45,838 bases of DNA from an uncultured Bacteroidales bacterium (GTDB taxonomy: Bacteria > Bacteroidota > Bacteroidia > Bacteroidales > WCHB1-69): positions 1 to 45,838 of the forward strand of contig CAJOQK010000126.1 of NCBI GenBank assembly GCA_905236885.1. Direction: 5' to 3'. Positions 9,015-18,980 of the stretch are shown piece by piece. The notes beneath the pieces were generated by a model, which searched no databases, had not been told where the DNA came from, and saw only the letters and a program-made list of their open reading frames with translations. Numbering within the stretch: the first letter of the stretch is position 1; each line of letters opens with the position of its first letter. Both the position numbers and the translations under genes were made by a program.

Positions 9015-9031
9015 AAATAAATTAAATGTCC

Positions 9032-9577
9032 TTATTTTTCAAAATAGCGTTTCAACAGGCCGTCCAACGCACGTCCGTGACGGGCTTCGTCGCGGGCCAT
9101 TTCATGCACGGTGTCATGGATTGCGTCGAGATTGAGGGCTTTGGCGCGTTTGGCAAGGTCGGTTTTTCCGGCGGTTGCACCATATTCCGCATCCACACGC
9201 ATTTTGAGGTTTTCGGCTGTGCTGTCGGTCAGCACTTCGCCAAGCAGTTCGGCGAATTTGGCGGCATGTTCCGCCTCTTCAAAGGCGGCTTTTTCCCAGT
9301 AAAGTCCGATTTCGGGATAGCCTTCGCGGTGAGCCACACGTGCCATGGCAAGGTACATGCCCACCTCCTTGCATTCGCCTTCAAAATTCATCCGCAGGTC
9401 AGCCTTGATATCTTCGGGGGCATCCTTTGCCACACCTACAATATGTTCGGCGGCCCATGTCCTCACATCCTCTTTCATTTCCTGCATAGGTTTTCCGCAA
9501 ATCGGGCATTTTTCCGGCATCTCTTCGCCTTCGTATACATAGCCACATACCGGGCAAAAAAATTTTTTCTTCATCAC
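9032..9577 (-). CDS. Reverse rubrerythrin (N-terminal rubredoxin-like CxxC...CxxC domain, C-terminal ferritin-like diiron domain)
   Basis: [21 protein letters not shown] at the N-terminus. Diiron ligand motifs follow: [31 protein letters not shown]. This domain order is inverted relative to classical rubrerythrin. Confidence 0.85.
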   Translation of the reverse strand: MMKKKFFCPVCGYVYEGEEMPEKCPICGKPMQEMKEDVRTWAAEHIVGVAKDAPEDIKADLRMNFEGECKEVGMYLAMARVAHREGYPEIGLYWEKAAFEEAEHAAKFAELLGEVLTDSTAENLKMRVDAEYGATAGKTDLAKRAKALNLDAIHDTVHEMARDEARHGRALDGLLKRYFEK

Positions 9578-9689
9578 TTTATTGTTTTTAAGATTATTTT
9601 TTAAAATTAATATATTTCACTCAAATTACCATACTAAAGTAAATAACGGCAAAAGAGCCGTTTTATTGTGCCATTCAAATTTATTGTGC

Positions 9690-10892
9690 TCAGACCAGTT
9701 CTCCGACCAAAGTGTCGGCCAGCTGCGCAATAGCATCCACCTGCTCCGCTTTGGCGGATGACTTCAGGCTGATGTTTTCCGCAACCACCTCCATGTTTTT
9801 CATCTGACCCAGCAGTTCGCGCATCAGCTTGCCGCTTTGGGGCGCCCAACTGCCGTTCTCAATTATGGCCACGCGCCGGTTCTGCAGGTTATGGTATTTC
9901 AGCTCCAGCAGATAGTTTTCCATTGGGGTGTAGATGCCGTTGTTGTAGGTGGAGGAGGCCAGCACGATGTGGCTGTATTTGAAACTGTCGCTCACCATAT
10001 AGCTCACATCGGTGTGCGAGGCGTTGTGCATGGCGATGTTCCGCACCCCTTTTTCCGACAGGCGCAGGGCCAGATTGTTGGCCGCAGCCTCAGTGTGTCC
10101 GTAAATGCTGGCATAGACGATGAGCACGCCCTTGGTTTCTGGCTCGTATTTGCTCCAAAGGTCATATTTTCCGATAAAATAGCCCAAATTCTCCCTCCAT
10201 ATTGGGCCGTGGAGCGGACAAATCATCCGGATGTCCAAAGTGGCGGCCTTTTTCAAGGTGTTCTGCACCTGCATGCCGTATTTGCCTACAATGTTGGTGT
10301 AGTAGCGGCGGGCTTCGTCCAGCCAGTCACGGTCAAAGTCCACCTCATCGGCGAAAATGTGTCCGTTCAGGGCGCCGAACGTGCCGAAAGCGTCGGCGGC
10401 GAACAGTATCCTGTCGGTGGAATCGTAGCTCATCATAACTTCCGGCCAGTGTACCATCGGGGTCATGACAAAATGCAGCTCGTGTTTGCCGGTGTTCAGC
10501 ACATCTCCCTCGGAAACAGTCTCCAGACGGTTGTCCAAGTCAAAGTCGAAAAACTGCCTGATCATGGTGGCGGCCTTGCTGTTGGTCACGATGCGCACTT
10601 CCGGATGACGGAGCAGCAGCCCTTCAATCAGGGCGCAATGGTCCGGTTCCATGTGGTGCACTACCAAATAGTCCAGTTTCCGTCCCTGCAACGCCTGTTC
10701 CAAATTCTCAAAAAACTGTTGGCCCACCGCAGCATCCGCCGTGTCCAGCAAAACGGTTTTTTCATCGGTCAGCAGGTAGGAATTGTAGGAAACGCCTCGT
10801 GGAATCGGATAGACGTTTTCAAACAGGGCAAGTTGTCGGTCATTCGCTCCAATCCAAGTCAGGTCTTTGTTTATTTTTCTGATGCACTGCAT
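9690..10892 (-). CDS. Flavodiiron protein (FprA-type A flavoprotein; metallo-beta-lactamase-like diiron domain plus flavodoxin domain)
   Basis: H-x-E-x-D-H diiron motif (VVHHMEPDHCA), and a C-terminal flavodoxin-like block GVLIVYASIYGHTEAAA ... IVLASSTYNNG. Confidence 0.9.
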   Translation of the reverse strand: MQCIRKINKDLTWIGANDRQLALFENVYPIPRGVSYNSYLLTDEKTVLLDTADAAVGQQFFENLEQALQGRKLDYLVVHHMEPDHCALIEGLLLRHPEVRIVTNSKAATMIRQFFDFDLDNRLETVSEGDVLNTGKHELHFVMTPMVHWPEVMMSYDSTDRILFAADAFGTFGALNGHIFADEVDFDRDWLDEARRYYTNIVGKYGMQVQNTLKKAATLDIRMICPLHGPIWRENLGYFIGKYDLWSKYEPETKGVLIVYASIYGHTEAAANNLALRLSEKGVRNIAMHNASHTDVSYMVSDSFKYSHIVLASSTYNNGIYTPMENYLLELKYHNLQNRRVAIIENGSWAPQSGKLMRELLGQMKNMEVVAENISLKSSAKAEQVDAIAQLADTLVGELV

Positions 10893-10938
10893 ATTAGTAT
10901 TTCAAAAAATAAATTAGTTTATAAAAATGTTCAAAATG

Positions 10939-10946
10939 CAAATATA
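10939..10946 (-). promoter_or_regulatory. -7 promoter box (TATATTTG) for the flavodiiron gene
   Basis: Exact TAnnTTTG on the minus strand, 47 nt upstream of the ATG at 10892, inside a 219-nt divergent intergenic region. Confidence 0.45.
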
Positions 10947-11072
10947 GTGGAAAAAACAATTTGATTTCCAAATGTGGGAAAAATTTTTGCGGTTTGTTGC
11001 AAGATGCGGAGTGTAAGTGAAAAAAAATTATGCTATTTTGGAATCTGATGTGAAAGATGTTTGAAAAATGTT

Positions 11073-11080
11073 TAATTTTG
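11073..11080 (+). promoter_or_regulatory. -7 promoter box (TAATTTTG) for the SAM hydrolase / M23 / porU string
   Basis: Exact TAnnTTTG, 32 nt upstream of the ATG at 11112. Confidence 0.45.
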
Positions 11081-11111
11081 CAATTTTGAATAATCGTATC
11101 ATAAAAGAGCC

Positions 11112-11960
11112 ATGAGTCAGATAATCACCTTGACAACAGATTGGGGAAGTGTGGATCCGTATGCGGCCATTTTCAAGGCGCATGTGTGGAGCCGCTTTCC
11201 TGAGGCGCGCATTGTGGATGTCACCCATGAGGTGGAAAGGCATAATCTGCATCATGCGGCCTATCTGCTGGGCATGGCCTATCCCCATTTTCCTACTGGC
11301 AGCGTGCATGTGGCGGATGTGCGGAATCTGGCCAATTCCAAGGTTAAACTGGCCTATTTGGGGAATGATAAGCGTCACATGGAGGCTTTGGCCGTCCGTT
11401 ATCAGGATCACCTGTTTCTGGTGGAGAACAACGGCATTTTTTCCATGTTGTGTCCCGATTTTGACCAAATTCAGGAGGTGGTGAAGCTGCCCGTACCCGA
11501 AGAAAATGTCTATCAAACCTTTCCGTCACTTACATTTTTTGCGCCGGCTGCGGCTGCCCTGGCGCAAAATCCTCAGATGCGGCTCAAGGAGATAGGGGAG
11601 GAGTATCCCGTGGAACAGCTTGTGAAGGAGCGGCTGCTCAAGGTGAATCTGGAGGAAAAGCGGATTACCTGCCATCTGACCCATACCGACCATTATGGCA
11701 ATATCCACACCGATTTGCTCAAGGAGGACTTTTTGTCGGTGGCGGGAGAGGCCAAAAAGATGCAGGTTCTCATACCTGGCTATCCGGCATTGGATGTGGT
11801 GTTGAGAAAACGTTTCACACCGAGGACGGAAGGTGATTTTGTCATGTTCAATATGGCCGGATATCTGGAAATCGGTCGGGTGCAGGCTCCTTTGGCCTAT
11901 CAGCTGGGCTTGGAGGACCAGAGGGTGCTGTGGTCGGAAATCAATATTTTGTTTGAGTAA
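11112..11960 (+). CDS. S-adenosyl-L-methionine hydroxide adenosyltransferase (SAM hydrolase, DUF62 / chlorinase-fluorinase family)
   Basis: The N-terminal ITLTTDWGSVDPYAAIFKA block matches the family's LTTDFG..D.Y.G..K signature. Length is 282 aa. Confidence 0.75.
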   Translation: MSQIITLTTDWGSVDPYAAIFKAHVWSRFPEARIVDVTHEVERHNLHHAAYLLGMAYPHFPTGSVHVADVRNLANSKVKLAYLGNDKRHMEALAVRYQDHLFLVENNGIFSMLCPDFDQIQEVVKLPVPEENVYQTFPSLTFFAPAAAALAQNPQMRLKEIGEEYPVEQLVKERLLKVNLEEKRITCHLTHTDHYGNIHTDLLKEDFLSVAGEAKKMQVLIPGYPALDVVLRKRFTPRTEGDFVMFNMAGYLEIGRVQAPLAYQLGLEDQRVLWSEINILFE

Positions 11961-11980
11961 AAGGATTTCGGAATCAGAGG

Positions 11981-13750
11981 ATGATAAAAATAATCAGGTG
12001 TTTTGGGATTTGTTTGTGCATGTTGTTTGTCGCTGAAATGATGGCGGCGCCTGCATTTGACATCAAAAGATGGCAAAGCGGGCGGCACCTGCGGCAGGCG
12101 GAGAAGAAATTGTCGAAGCGGGTCGGTTTCATCCAATCCCAAAGCAGGGATTGTTTTGACTCCCTGCTGTGCATTTACAATTATAATTTTCAGGACACTA
12201 CATTGGAGACGCACCAGCTCTTAACTGGCATACAGTCAGATATGCAGTCTTTTGTGGCTGAAAACCGCCATGACACGGCGTTGTCGGAGGCGGCCTGTCT
12301 GCTGTTGGCGAAGACTTTTTTCTACCAGAGGGATTTTGAGAATGCGCAGCGTTATCTGCAATATTCCCTGTCCAATCCCAAATCGTCCCGTTTCGCCGAA
12401 AACCTGTTGTGGAAGTTGCGGACGGAAACAGCCCTGCATCATTGGAATGAGGCGGAAAATATCCTGACCCAGCTTTCCTATATGAAGGAGGAGGGGGACA
12501 CCTTGTCGGCAACCGCCTTGGAGTATGCCCTGTTGGAAACCGATTTGCAGCTGCACAAAGGGGATTTGTACGGTTTCCCCGCCCGTCTGCAATATCTGGC
12601 GGCGCAGCCGCTTCTCTCCCCCACACTCAGGCAGCGATTGTGCTTCATTTTAGGGCAGTGCCACCAAATGCAGCATCGCGAGCGGGAGGCGGTGGCCTGT
12701 TACAGTCGTCTGATAGACGAACTCTCCTCTTCACAGGCTTCTCCGTCAGCCCTGTTCGCCTACGCTTATGTGAACAGGGACGACTGTTACCGGCAGTTGG
12801 AGCGGCAGCGGCAGGATTCATTGCGCTGGATCAGCCTGTTTGCGGACAATGACCTTTTCGAGCCGACCATGGTGGAGAGCACTCATGACAGCGATTACAT
12901 CTATTCCCTCTATCCCTATTATTTCCAGGATTTGGCGAGCCGCTATTTTTTAGATGAGGAAATCGGAATGGAGGAGGAGGGAGAGGAGGATCCCATCTGG
13001 TATTATGATGATAATGACACCTCTTTCATAACTGAGGAAATGCGTCAGGCTCTTTTTGAAAATTGGGATTCGGTTTCCATCCATATTCCTAAGGCAGATT
13101 TCAGCCATCTGGAGGACACCATCTGTCTGCCTTTGGTGGACAGCGGTTATGTGTTGCCGCTTTACGGCGAGGTCTCTTCCGAATTCGGATGGCGGCGTTA
13201 CCGCTACCATTACGGCTTTGACATTAGAAAGAAAACGGGTGATTCAATTTATTGCCTGTTTGACGGATATGTGCGTATAGCCAAGCGTAACAGAACCTAT
13301 GGCAATCTGATTGTGGTGCGTCATTTGAACGGACTGGAGACTTTTTACGCCCATTGCTCCAAACTTCTTGTAGAACAGAATCAGGAAGTCAAGGCAGGGC
13401 AGCTGATAGCCTTGGCGGGTAGCACGGGGCGTTCCACCGGACCGCACCTGCATCTGGAGGTGCGCTATAGAGGAGTGCCCTTCAATCCGCGCCATATTTT
13501 CAATATGGATTCCAACTGTTTGTATAGCGATACCTTAAAAATAACCAAAGAGACTTTCAATTACCTTCGTCCGGGCAGATCTTCGTCCGGCGGATCTTCC
13601 TCCTCCTCCGCCGTCTATTATAAGGTGAAGTCGGGAGATACCCTGTCACGCATTGCCCTGAAATACCACACTTCGGTGGCGGCACTCAAGCGGTTGAACG
13701 GACTGCGTTCGGATTTTATTCGGGAAGGTCAGCGGTTGAGGGTTTTATAA
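11981..13750 (+). CDS. TPR - M23 metallopeptidase - LysM peptidoglycan hydrolase
   Basis: M23 block GFDIRKKTGDSIYCLFDGYVRIA...GNLIVVRHLNGLETFYAHCS...GSTGRSTGPHLHLEVR. C-terminal LysM YYKVKSGDTLSRIALKYHTSVAALKRLNGLRSDFIREGQRLRV. Helical repeat N-terminal half and a hydrophobic N-terminus. Confidence 0.85.
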   Translation: MIKIIRCFGICLCMLFVAEMMAAPAFDIKRWQSGRHLRQAEKKLSKRVGFIQSQSRDCFDSLLCIYNYNFQDTTLETHQLLTGIQSDMQSFVAENRHDTALSEAACLLLAKTFFYQRDFENAQRYLQYSLSNPKSSRFAENLLWKLRTETALHHWNEAENILTQLSYMKEEGDTLSATALEYALLETDLQLHKGDLYGFPARLQYLAAQPLLSPTLRQRLCFILGQCHQMQHREREAVACYSRLIDELSSSQASPSALFAYAYVNRDDCYRQLERQRQDSLRWISLFADNDLFEPTMVESTHDSDYIYSLYPYYFQDLASRYFLDEEIGMEEEGEEDPIWYYDDNDTSFITEEMRQALFENWDSVSIHIPKADFSHLEDTICLPLVDSGYVLPLYGEVSSEFGWRRYRYHYGFDIRKKTGDSIYCLFDGYVRIAKRNRTYGNLIVVRHLNGLETFYAHCSKLLVEQNQEVKAGQLIALAGSTGRSTGPHLHLEVRYRGVPFNPRHIFNMDSNCLYSDTLKITKETFNYLRPGRSSSGGSSSSSAVYYKVKSGDTLSRIALKYHTSVAALKRLNGLRSDFIREGQRLRVL

Positions 13751-13754
13751 TACA

Positions 13755-16700
13755 ATGACCATGAAAAAAAATATGCGAACACGATTGTTGTCCCTTCTTT
13801 TACTTTGCAGTGCCACAGGACTGTTGGCGCAGTCCTGGCCTGAAAAGGTGCTGTTGGATTGGCAGGGTCTTTACATGGAGGAGGTTTCGGAAGGGAAAAC
13901 TGTTTCCTATCTTTTTTTTACGGATGCCTATTTGCAGGACAGTGATGGATTCCTGTACCCGACATGGCATCAAAGCATCCGTCGTGCGGAGAATCAGGCT
14001 CTGAACTTGACCATTTCTGAGGCGGAGTGGGAAAAGCTTTCGGAAGAGGAGGCGGCCACGCTGCCCAAACCACATATTGACACTCTTACCCAGCCTTTGC
14101 AAATCCGGTACGGCTATACCCGACACCAATCTTTTGTGGAAATCAGTTTGGTACCTTTCCGGAAAGCAGGCGGTCATTATGAGAAGTTGCGTTCCTTCAG
14201 ATTGTCGGGGCAATGGGTGCCTGTGAACCTTTCCCATCGTCTCCGCCAAAAGTCCTATCCGGACCATTCCGTATTGGCCAGTGGTGACATTTACAAGATT
14301 TCTCTGACCGAGACCGGTATCCATAAACTGACCTATGCAGTAATGAGCCAGATGGGAGTTCCAATGTCCGGTTTGAATATCCGTCAAATCAGCATATATG
14401 GGAACGGTGGTGCTCTGATGCCGGAAAATACCGATGCTTTTGTCTATGACGATCCTGAGGAAATACCTGTCCATGTGGTGGATGCCAATGGCAACGGTAT
14501 TTTTGAGCCGGAGGATTACCTGCTGTTCTACGGACAGGGTATCGTGGATTGGCATTTGGAGGACAATACTTTCGTGCACAGTCTGAATTTTTATTCAGAT
14601 TATGCCTTTTATTTTGTCAAAATTAACCGGGCGCCGACCAAAAGCATAGGACTGCTGCCTTCGGACAGTCGTGCCGCCACTCATACCCAGACTTCCTACA
14701 ACTACCATACGGTCATGGAGAAGGACTTGATCAGTCCGACGGAAATGGGGCGGGTGTGGTTCCAGGATCTGTTTGATGTGACCACTTCCCGGAACTATCA
14801 GTTTGCGCTGCCTGCCTTGGTGTCGGGCGAAAAGGTGAACCTGATGCTGCGTATGGCGTCCGTTTCGCCAGCCTCCTCCTATGTGATTGGAAAGGCGAAT
14901 GGCGGTAATTCCCTCTCCGTCAGTTTCCCCGTAAGCGGAGGTATCTTCAAGTCCGCCTTGTATAGTTTTATCCCGTCTTCTTCCGTCATTTCACTTGACT
15001 TGACCTACAGCAAGCCGACAAACAGTTCCAAGGCATGGCTGGATTATCTGGAAATCAATACATTGTGCCAGTTGCGACAAACGTCCGCCCAAGTAGGGTT
15101 CCGTTGCCTTTCCTCTGTGGGAGAAGGAAATGTGACGGAGTATCGTCTTGATGCGCAAGGCCATTCCCTGACAATTTGGGAGGTGACCGATCCCTGCAAT
15201 TACAGGGAGGTGCAGTATGTGACGGACAATGGGAATGCGGTTTTCCGCCTCTCCTCCGATTCACTGCGGGAGTTTGTCTCATTCTATGGGGGTGATTTTC
15301 CGGAGGTGACGCCGGTGGGGAAGGTGGCTAACCAAGATCTGCATGCGTTGGAGCCTGTGGACTTTGTCATCATAACAGCCCCTGATTTTTTGTCAGTGGC
15401 CCGCGATTGGGCGGATTTTCGGACGAATAATGATGGCATGAAAACGGCAGTGGTGACCACTTCTCAGATATACAATGAATTCGGTAGTGGCATGCAGGAT
15501 GTGGCCGCGATCCGCAATTTTTTGCGGATGCTGTACCTTCGGCATGGAAGTCAGGCTCCGAAAAATGTGATGTTGTTGGGAAAGGTCTCCTTTGATTTTC
15601 GCAACCGTCTGCAAGCCTCTTCCAATTATATTCCGAACTATCAGGGACAGAATATTTTCAGTGAGGAAACTTGTCTTTCCACAGATGATTTTTTCGTGAA
15701 ATTGGATGACAATGAAGGCATGGGCAATTCGGGAAGCATGGACATGGGGATAGGTCGTGTGCCGGTCAGCACGCTTTCACAGGCGCGGACAGTGTTGGAA
15801 AAGGTGAAGATGTATGCTTCCAGGGAGGCCGTCAGCGGTGTCACAAACACGGTCTCCAACATGGCGGACTGGCGCAATGTGATTGCTTTCTGCGCGGATG
15901 ACGATGCTGACGGACAGGGTCATTTGCACAACGCTGACCGCATAGCCCAACAGGTGTCCGACCAATATCCTCTTTATAATTTGGATAAAATATATATGGA
16001 TGCCTACAAAAAAGTCTCCACGTCACAAGGACAGCGTTATCCGGAGGCGACGGAGGCCATCAACCAGCGCGTGAACAAGGGATGCCTGATTTTCACCTAT
16101 ATGGGGCATGGTGGCGACAACGGTTGGGCGCATGAAAGGGTGCTGCGGCGTTCCGACATCTATTCCTGGAGCAACAGGTATGCACTTCCGCTCTTTTATG
16201 CCGGCTCCTGCGGCTTTGGGGAATATGACAAATTGAGTTCTGTCTCCCCTTCGGAGGATATGCTTTTCAAGTCCGACGGGGGTGCCATCGGGGTGATTTC
16301 CGCCTCCCGCAGCTCGTATGGCGGTTCCAATGAGAATTTCGGGAAAAGCTTGCACCGGCTGGCCTTGCAGAGCGATTCAGCAGGAAGGCATCTGACAGTG
16401 GGCGAAGTGTTCTCCAAGGCTAAGAACAGTTGCGGAAGCGTGCAGATGTATGTCTGTTTCGGAGATCCTTCCATGACGCTCTGTTATCCGCAGCTGACGG
16501 TCAGGACGGACAGTGTCAATGGGGTGTCGTTTGGTGTTTCAACGGACACTCTGCAGGCGTTGGGTTATGTGACGGTCAGCGGGCATGTGGCGCGGGCGGA
16601 CGGAAGCGTGGCCAGTGATTTCAACGGCTATGTCAGTCCCGTGGTGTTTGACAAGACCGCAACGGTTGTTACGCTGCTGAACAATGCCATCAGCACGGAA

Positions 16701-17570
16701 AAAAGGTTCCAGATGCAAAAAAACAGTTTGTTCAAAGGCAAAATCAATGTCAAGAACGGCTATTTCCGTTTTGGTTTCCTTCTGCCCAAGGATTTGAACT
16801 ACGATTACGGATATGGAAAAATCAGTTATTATGCATGTGGAAGCGGAACCGATGCCGCAGGATATGACAGTGTGGTCATAGGCGGACTTTCCGATACATT
16901 GATCAATGATGAAAACGGACCGGAGATTACATTATATTTAAATGACGAATCCTTTGCCAATGGCGGCATCTCCAGTTCAAGTCCCACGCTGCTTGCCCAT
17001 ATCCGCGATGAAAGCGGTATCAATGCGGCGGGTGCGGGCATTGGCCATGACATTGTGGCGGTTCTGGATAATGATGAGAGCCAAAGGATTCTGTTGAATG
17101 ATTATTACGAGTGCGATGAGAACAGCAGTCTTTCCGGCAAGGTAAGCTACCTGCTTCCGGAATTGTCGGAAGGGGAGCATACCATCAGTTTGAGGGCATG
17201 GGACGTGCTGAACAACAGAGGGGAGGCCAGCATCAGTTTCACTGTGGTCAACAACAAGGAAATAAGCTTGTCCCATCTGCTGAACTATCCCAACCCTTTC
17301 ACAACCCGCACGCAGTTCTATTTTGAACACAACCAATTGAATACTGACTTGGATATCCGTATCCAAATATTCACGGTTTCTGGCAAATTGGTGAAGACAA
17401 TTACGGAGAAGGTGATTCAAGCCAATGCCTACCGATGCGGTCCTTTTGAGTGGGATGGGCGGGATGATTTCGGCGGACGCTTGGCCAAAGGAACCTATGT
17501 CTATAAATTAAGTGTCAGAAATTCAATGGGAAAGGTGGCTGAAAAAATTGAAAAACTGGTTATTTTATAG
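13755..17570 (+). CDS. porU: Type IX secretion system sortase PorU (C25 gingipain-like C-terminal-signal peptidase)
   Basis: 1271 aa with a signal peptide. C25-type blocks DFVIITAPDF...MKTAVVTTSQIYNEFGSGMQDVAAIRNFLR, catalytic His context FTYMGHGGDNGW and Cys context LFYAGSCGFGEYD. It has a C-terminal beta-sandwich tail and sits directly upstream of porV. Confidence 0.85.
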   Translation: MTMKKNMRTRLLSLLLLCSATGLLAQSWPEKVLLDWQGLYMEEVSEGKTVSYLFFTDAYLQDSDGFLYPTWHQSIRRAENQALNLTISEAEWEKLSEEEAATLPKPHIDTLTQPLQIRYGYTRHQSFVEISLVPFRKAGGHYEKLRSFRLSGQWVPVNLSHRLRQKSYPDHSVLASGDIYKISLTETGIHKLTYAVMSQMGVPMSGLNIRQISIYGNGGALMPENTDAFVYDDPEEIPVHVVDANGNGIFEPEDYLLFYGQGIVDWHLEDNTFVHSLNFYSDYAFYFVKINRAPTKSIGLLPSDSRAATHTQTSYNYHTVMEKDLISPTEMGRVWFQDLFDVTTSRNYQFALPALVSGEKVNLMLRMASVSPASSYVIGKANGGNSLSVSFPVSGGIFKSALYSFIPSSSVISLDLTYSKPTNSSKAWLDYLEINTLCQLRQTSAQVGFRCLSSVGEGNVTEYRLDAQGHSLTIWEVTDPCNYREVQYVTDNGNAVFRLSSDSLREFVSFYGGDFPEVTPVGKVANQDLHALEPVDFVIITAPDFLSVARDWADFRTNNDGMKTAVVTTSQIYNEFGSGMQDVAAIRNFLRMLYLRHGSQAPKNVMLLGKVSFDFRNRLQASSNYIPNYQGQNIFSEETCLSTDDFFVKLDDNEGMGNSGSMDMGIGRVPVSTLSQARTVLEKVKMYASREAVSGVTNTVSNMADWRNVIAFCADDDADGQGHLHNADRIAQQVSDQYPLYNLDKIYMDAYKKVSTSQGQRYPEATEAINQRVNKGCLIFTYMGHGGDNGWAHERVLRRSDIYSWSNRYALPLFYAGSCGFGEYDKLSSVSPSEDMLFKSDGGAIGVISASRSSYGGSNENFGKSLHRLALQSDSAGRHLTVGEVFSKAKNSCGSVQMYVCFGDPSMTLCYPQLTVRTDSVNGVSFGVSTDTLQALGYVTVSGHVARADGSVASDFNGYVSPVVFDKTATVVTLLNNAISTEKRFQMQKNSLFKGKINVKNGYFRFGFLLPKDLNYDYGYGKISYYACGSGTDAAGYDSVVIGGLSDTLINDENGPEITLYLNDESFANGGISSSSPTLLAHIRDESGINAAGAGIGHDIVAVLDNDESQRILLNDYYECDENSSLSGKVSYLLPELSEGEHTISLRAWDVLNNRGEASISFTVVNNKEISLSHLLNYPNPFTTRTQFYFEHNQLNTDLDIRIQIFTVSGKLVKTITEKVIQANAYRCGPFEWDGRDDFGGRLAKGTYVYKLSVRNSMGKVAEKIEKLVIL

Positions 17571-17620
17571 AGAGTGGAAAAAAAAAAGGAAAAAATCAAT
17601 TTTGATAATCATAAATTGTA

Positions 17621-17628
17621 TACTTTTG
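17621..17628 (+). promoter_or_regulatory. Internal -7 promoter box (TACTTTTG) between porU and porV
   Basis: Exact TAnnTTTG in the 111-nt porU-porV spacer, 54 nt upstream of the porV ATG at 17682. Confidence 0.45.
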
Positions 17629-17681
17629 CAAATTCTGTAATAAGAATGTTAAATTTGATTAAATGTATAAATATTAATAAG

Positions 17682-18980
17682 ATGCGAAAATTAAAACTAT
17701 CAACAAAATCCTTAAGTTTATGCTTATTGGTGTTTTCGTTTTGTGTGGCATCCGTCAAGGCACAGGTTAATCCTACGGGGCAACAGTATAATGGACAAAC
17801 AATCCGGCCATTGACCACTGCGGTCTCTTTTCTGCAGATTGGTCCCGATGCCCGCATAGGTGGCATGGGAGAAGCCGGTGTTGCGGTGCCGAACGACGTG
17901 AACGCCCAGCATTGGAATGCGGCCAAGTATGCATTCTCGAAAGACAAGTTTGGCGTTTCCGTGAATTACAGTCCCTGGTTAAACGGTTTGGGATTGGGTT
18001 TGAATGACATTTATCTGGCTTATCTGAGCGGCTATTACAAACTGACCTCTTTGGACGCCATTTCCTTCTCCCTGACCTATTTCTCCATGGGAGAGATGGA
18101 CATTACCAACTATGAGGGTAAGGTCGTGTTTGAAGATGTCAGGCCGCATGAGTTTGCATTGGATGCCGGCTATTCCCGTCGTCTGACGGAGAATTTCTCC
18201 ATGGGAGTGACCGGACGTTTCATCTATTCAAACCTGACGACTGTCAGCGGGGTCTCCACGACCACCAATGATTTGCGTCCCGGTTTGGCAGGTGCGGCGG
18301 ATGTCTCCCTGTTCTACCAGAGGGAATTGGCTGCAAAAAGGGCCTATAAGAACATCTTTGGTGCCGGATTGACTGTTTCCAACATTGGAAACAAGATTTC
18401 CTATTCCGAAGATATGGACAAGGACTTCCTTCCTGCCAATTTCCGCTTGGGTCTGGCGTATACCACCTATATTGACAAGTTCAACAAGCTGACCTTTGCG
18501 TTTGATGTGAACAAGCTGTTGGTTCCGAGCACACCTATTTACAAGAATGACACCATTACCAATTCGGACGGAACCACCCGTGTAAAAAAGGTCGTGGACA
18601 GGGCGGATGCTATGATTGAGGCCAAGGATCCCTACGAGGTTTCTGTGATTGAGGCCATTTACCGTTCCTGGCTGGATGCCCCCGGCGGCATGAAGGAGGA
18701 GTTGGATGAGTTCATCCTGAATGTGGGTTTGGAATATACCTACAATGACTTGTTCTCCTTGCGCTGCGGCTATTTTAATGAGGCTAAGACCAAAGGTGCC
18801 CGCAAGTATTTCACTTTCGGAGCAGGATTGAAATACAGCATGGTGAATATTGATGTTTCCTACATCGCTGTGTTGCCGGTTGACGGTTTGTCCGGCACGC
18901 ATCCTTTGAAGAACACGCTCCGCATTGGATTGACCTTCAATATCAATGCTCCGGATCGTGAAGCGTCCATCAGACTGTAA
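17682..18980 (+). CDS. porV: Type IX secretion outer-membrane shuttle protein PorV (LptO)
   Basis: Start moved to the ATG at 17682, which gives signal peptide MRKLKLSTKSLSLCLLVFSFCVASVKAQ. The track ORF begins at an upstream GTG at 17574. It has the characteristic TTAVSFLQIGPDARIGGMGEAGVAV block and a beta-barrel-like alternating sequence to the C-terminus. Confidence 0.85.
   Translation: MRKLKLSTKSLSLCLLVFSFCVASVKAQVNPTGQQYNGQTIRPLTTAVSFLQIGPDARIGGMGEAGVAVPNDVNAQHWNAAKYAFSKDKFGVSVNYSPWLNGLGLGLNDIYLAYLSGYYKLTSLDAISFSLTYFSMGEMDITNYEGKVVFEDVRPHEFALDAGYSRRLTENFSMGVTGRFIYSNLTTVSGVSTTTNDLRPGLAGAADVSLFYQRELAAKRAYKNIFGAGLTVSNIGNKISYSEDMDKDFLPANFRLGLAYTTYIDKFNKLTFAFDVNKLLVPSTPIYKNDTITNSDGTTRVKKVVDRADAMIEAKDPYEVSVIEAIYRSWLDAPGGMKEELDEFILNVGLEYTYNDLFSLRCGYFNEAKTKGARKYFTFGAGLKYSMVNIDVSYIAVLPVDGLSGTHPLKNTLRIGLTFNINAPDREASIRL

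Noticed and set aside
9837-10964. 375-aa plus-strand ORF antisense to the flavodiiron gene
   Set aside because: Shadow ORF with no motifs. The minus strand has the HxExDH and flavodoxin signatures.
17574-17681. N-terminal extensions in track ORFs: porV from GTG 17574, metG from 24664, the WG protein from TTG 31086, ATP-grasp from TTG 45440, and NamZ-like from ATG 34650
   Set aside because: The extensions precede obvious signal peptides or conserved N-termini. They overlap upstream genes or promoter boxes, and all but the NamZ-like one (a normal ATG at 34650) use non-ATG starts. Internal ATGs were preferred. The NamZ-like start remains genuinely ambiguous.
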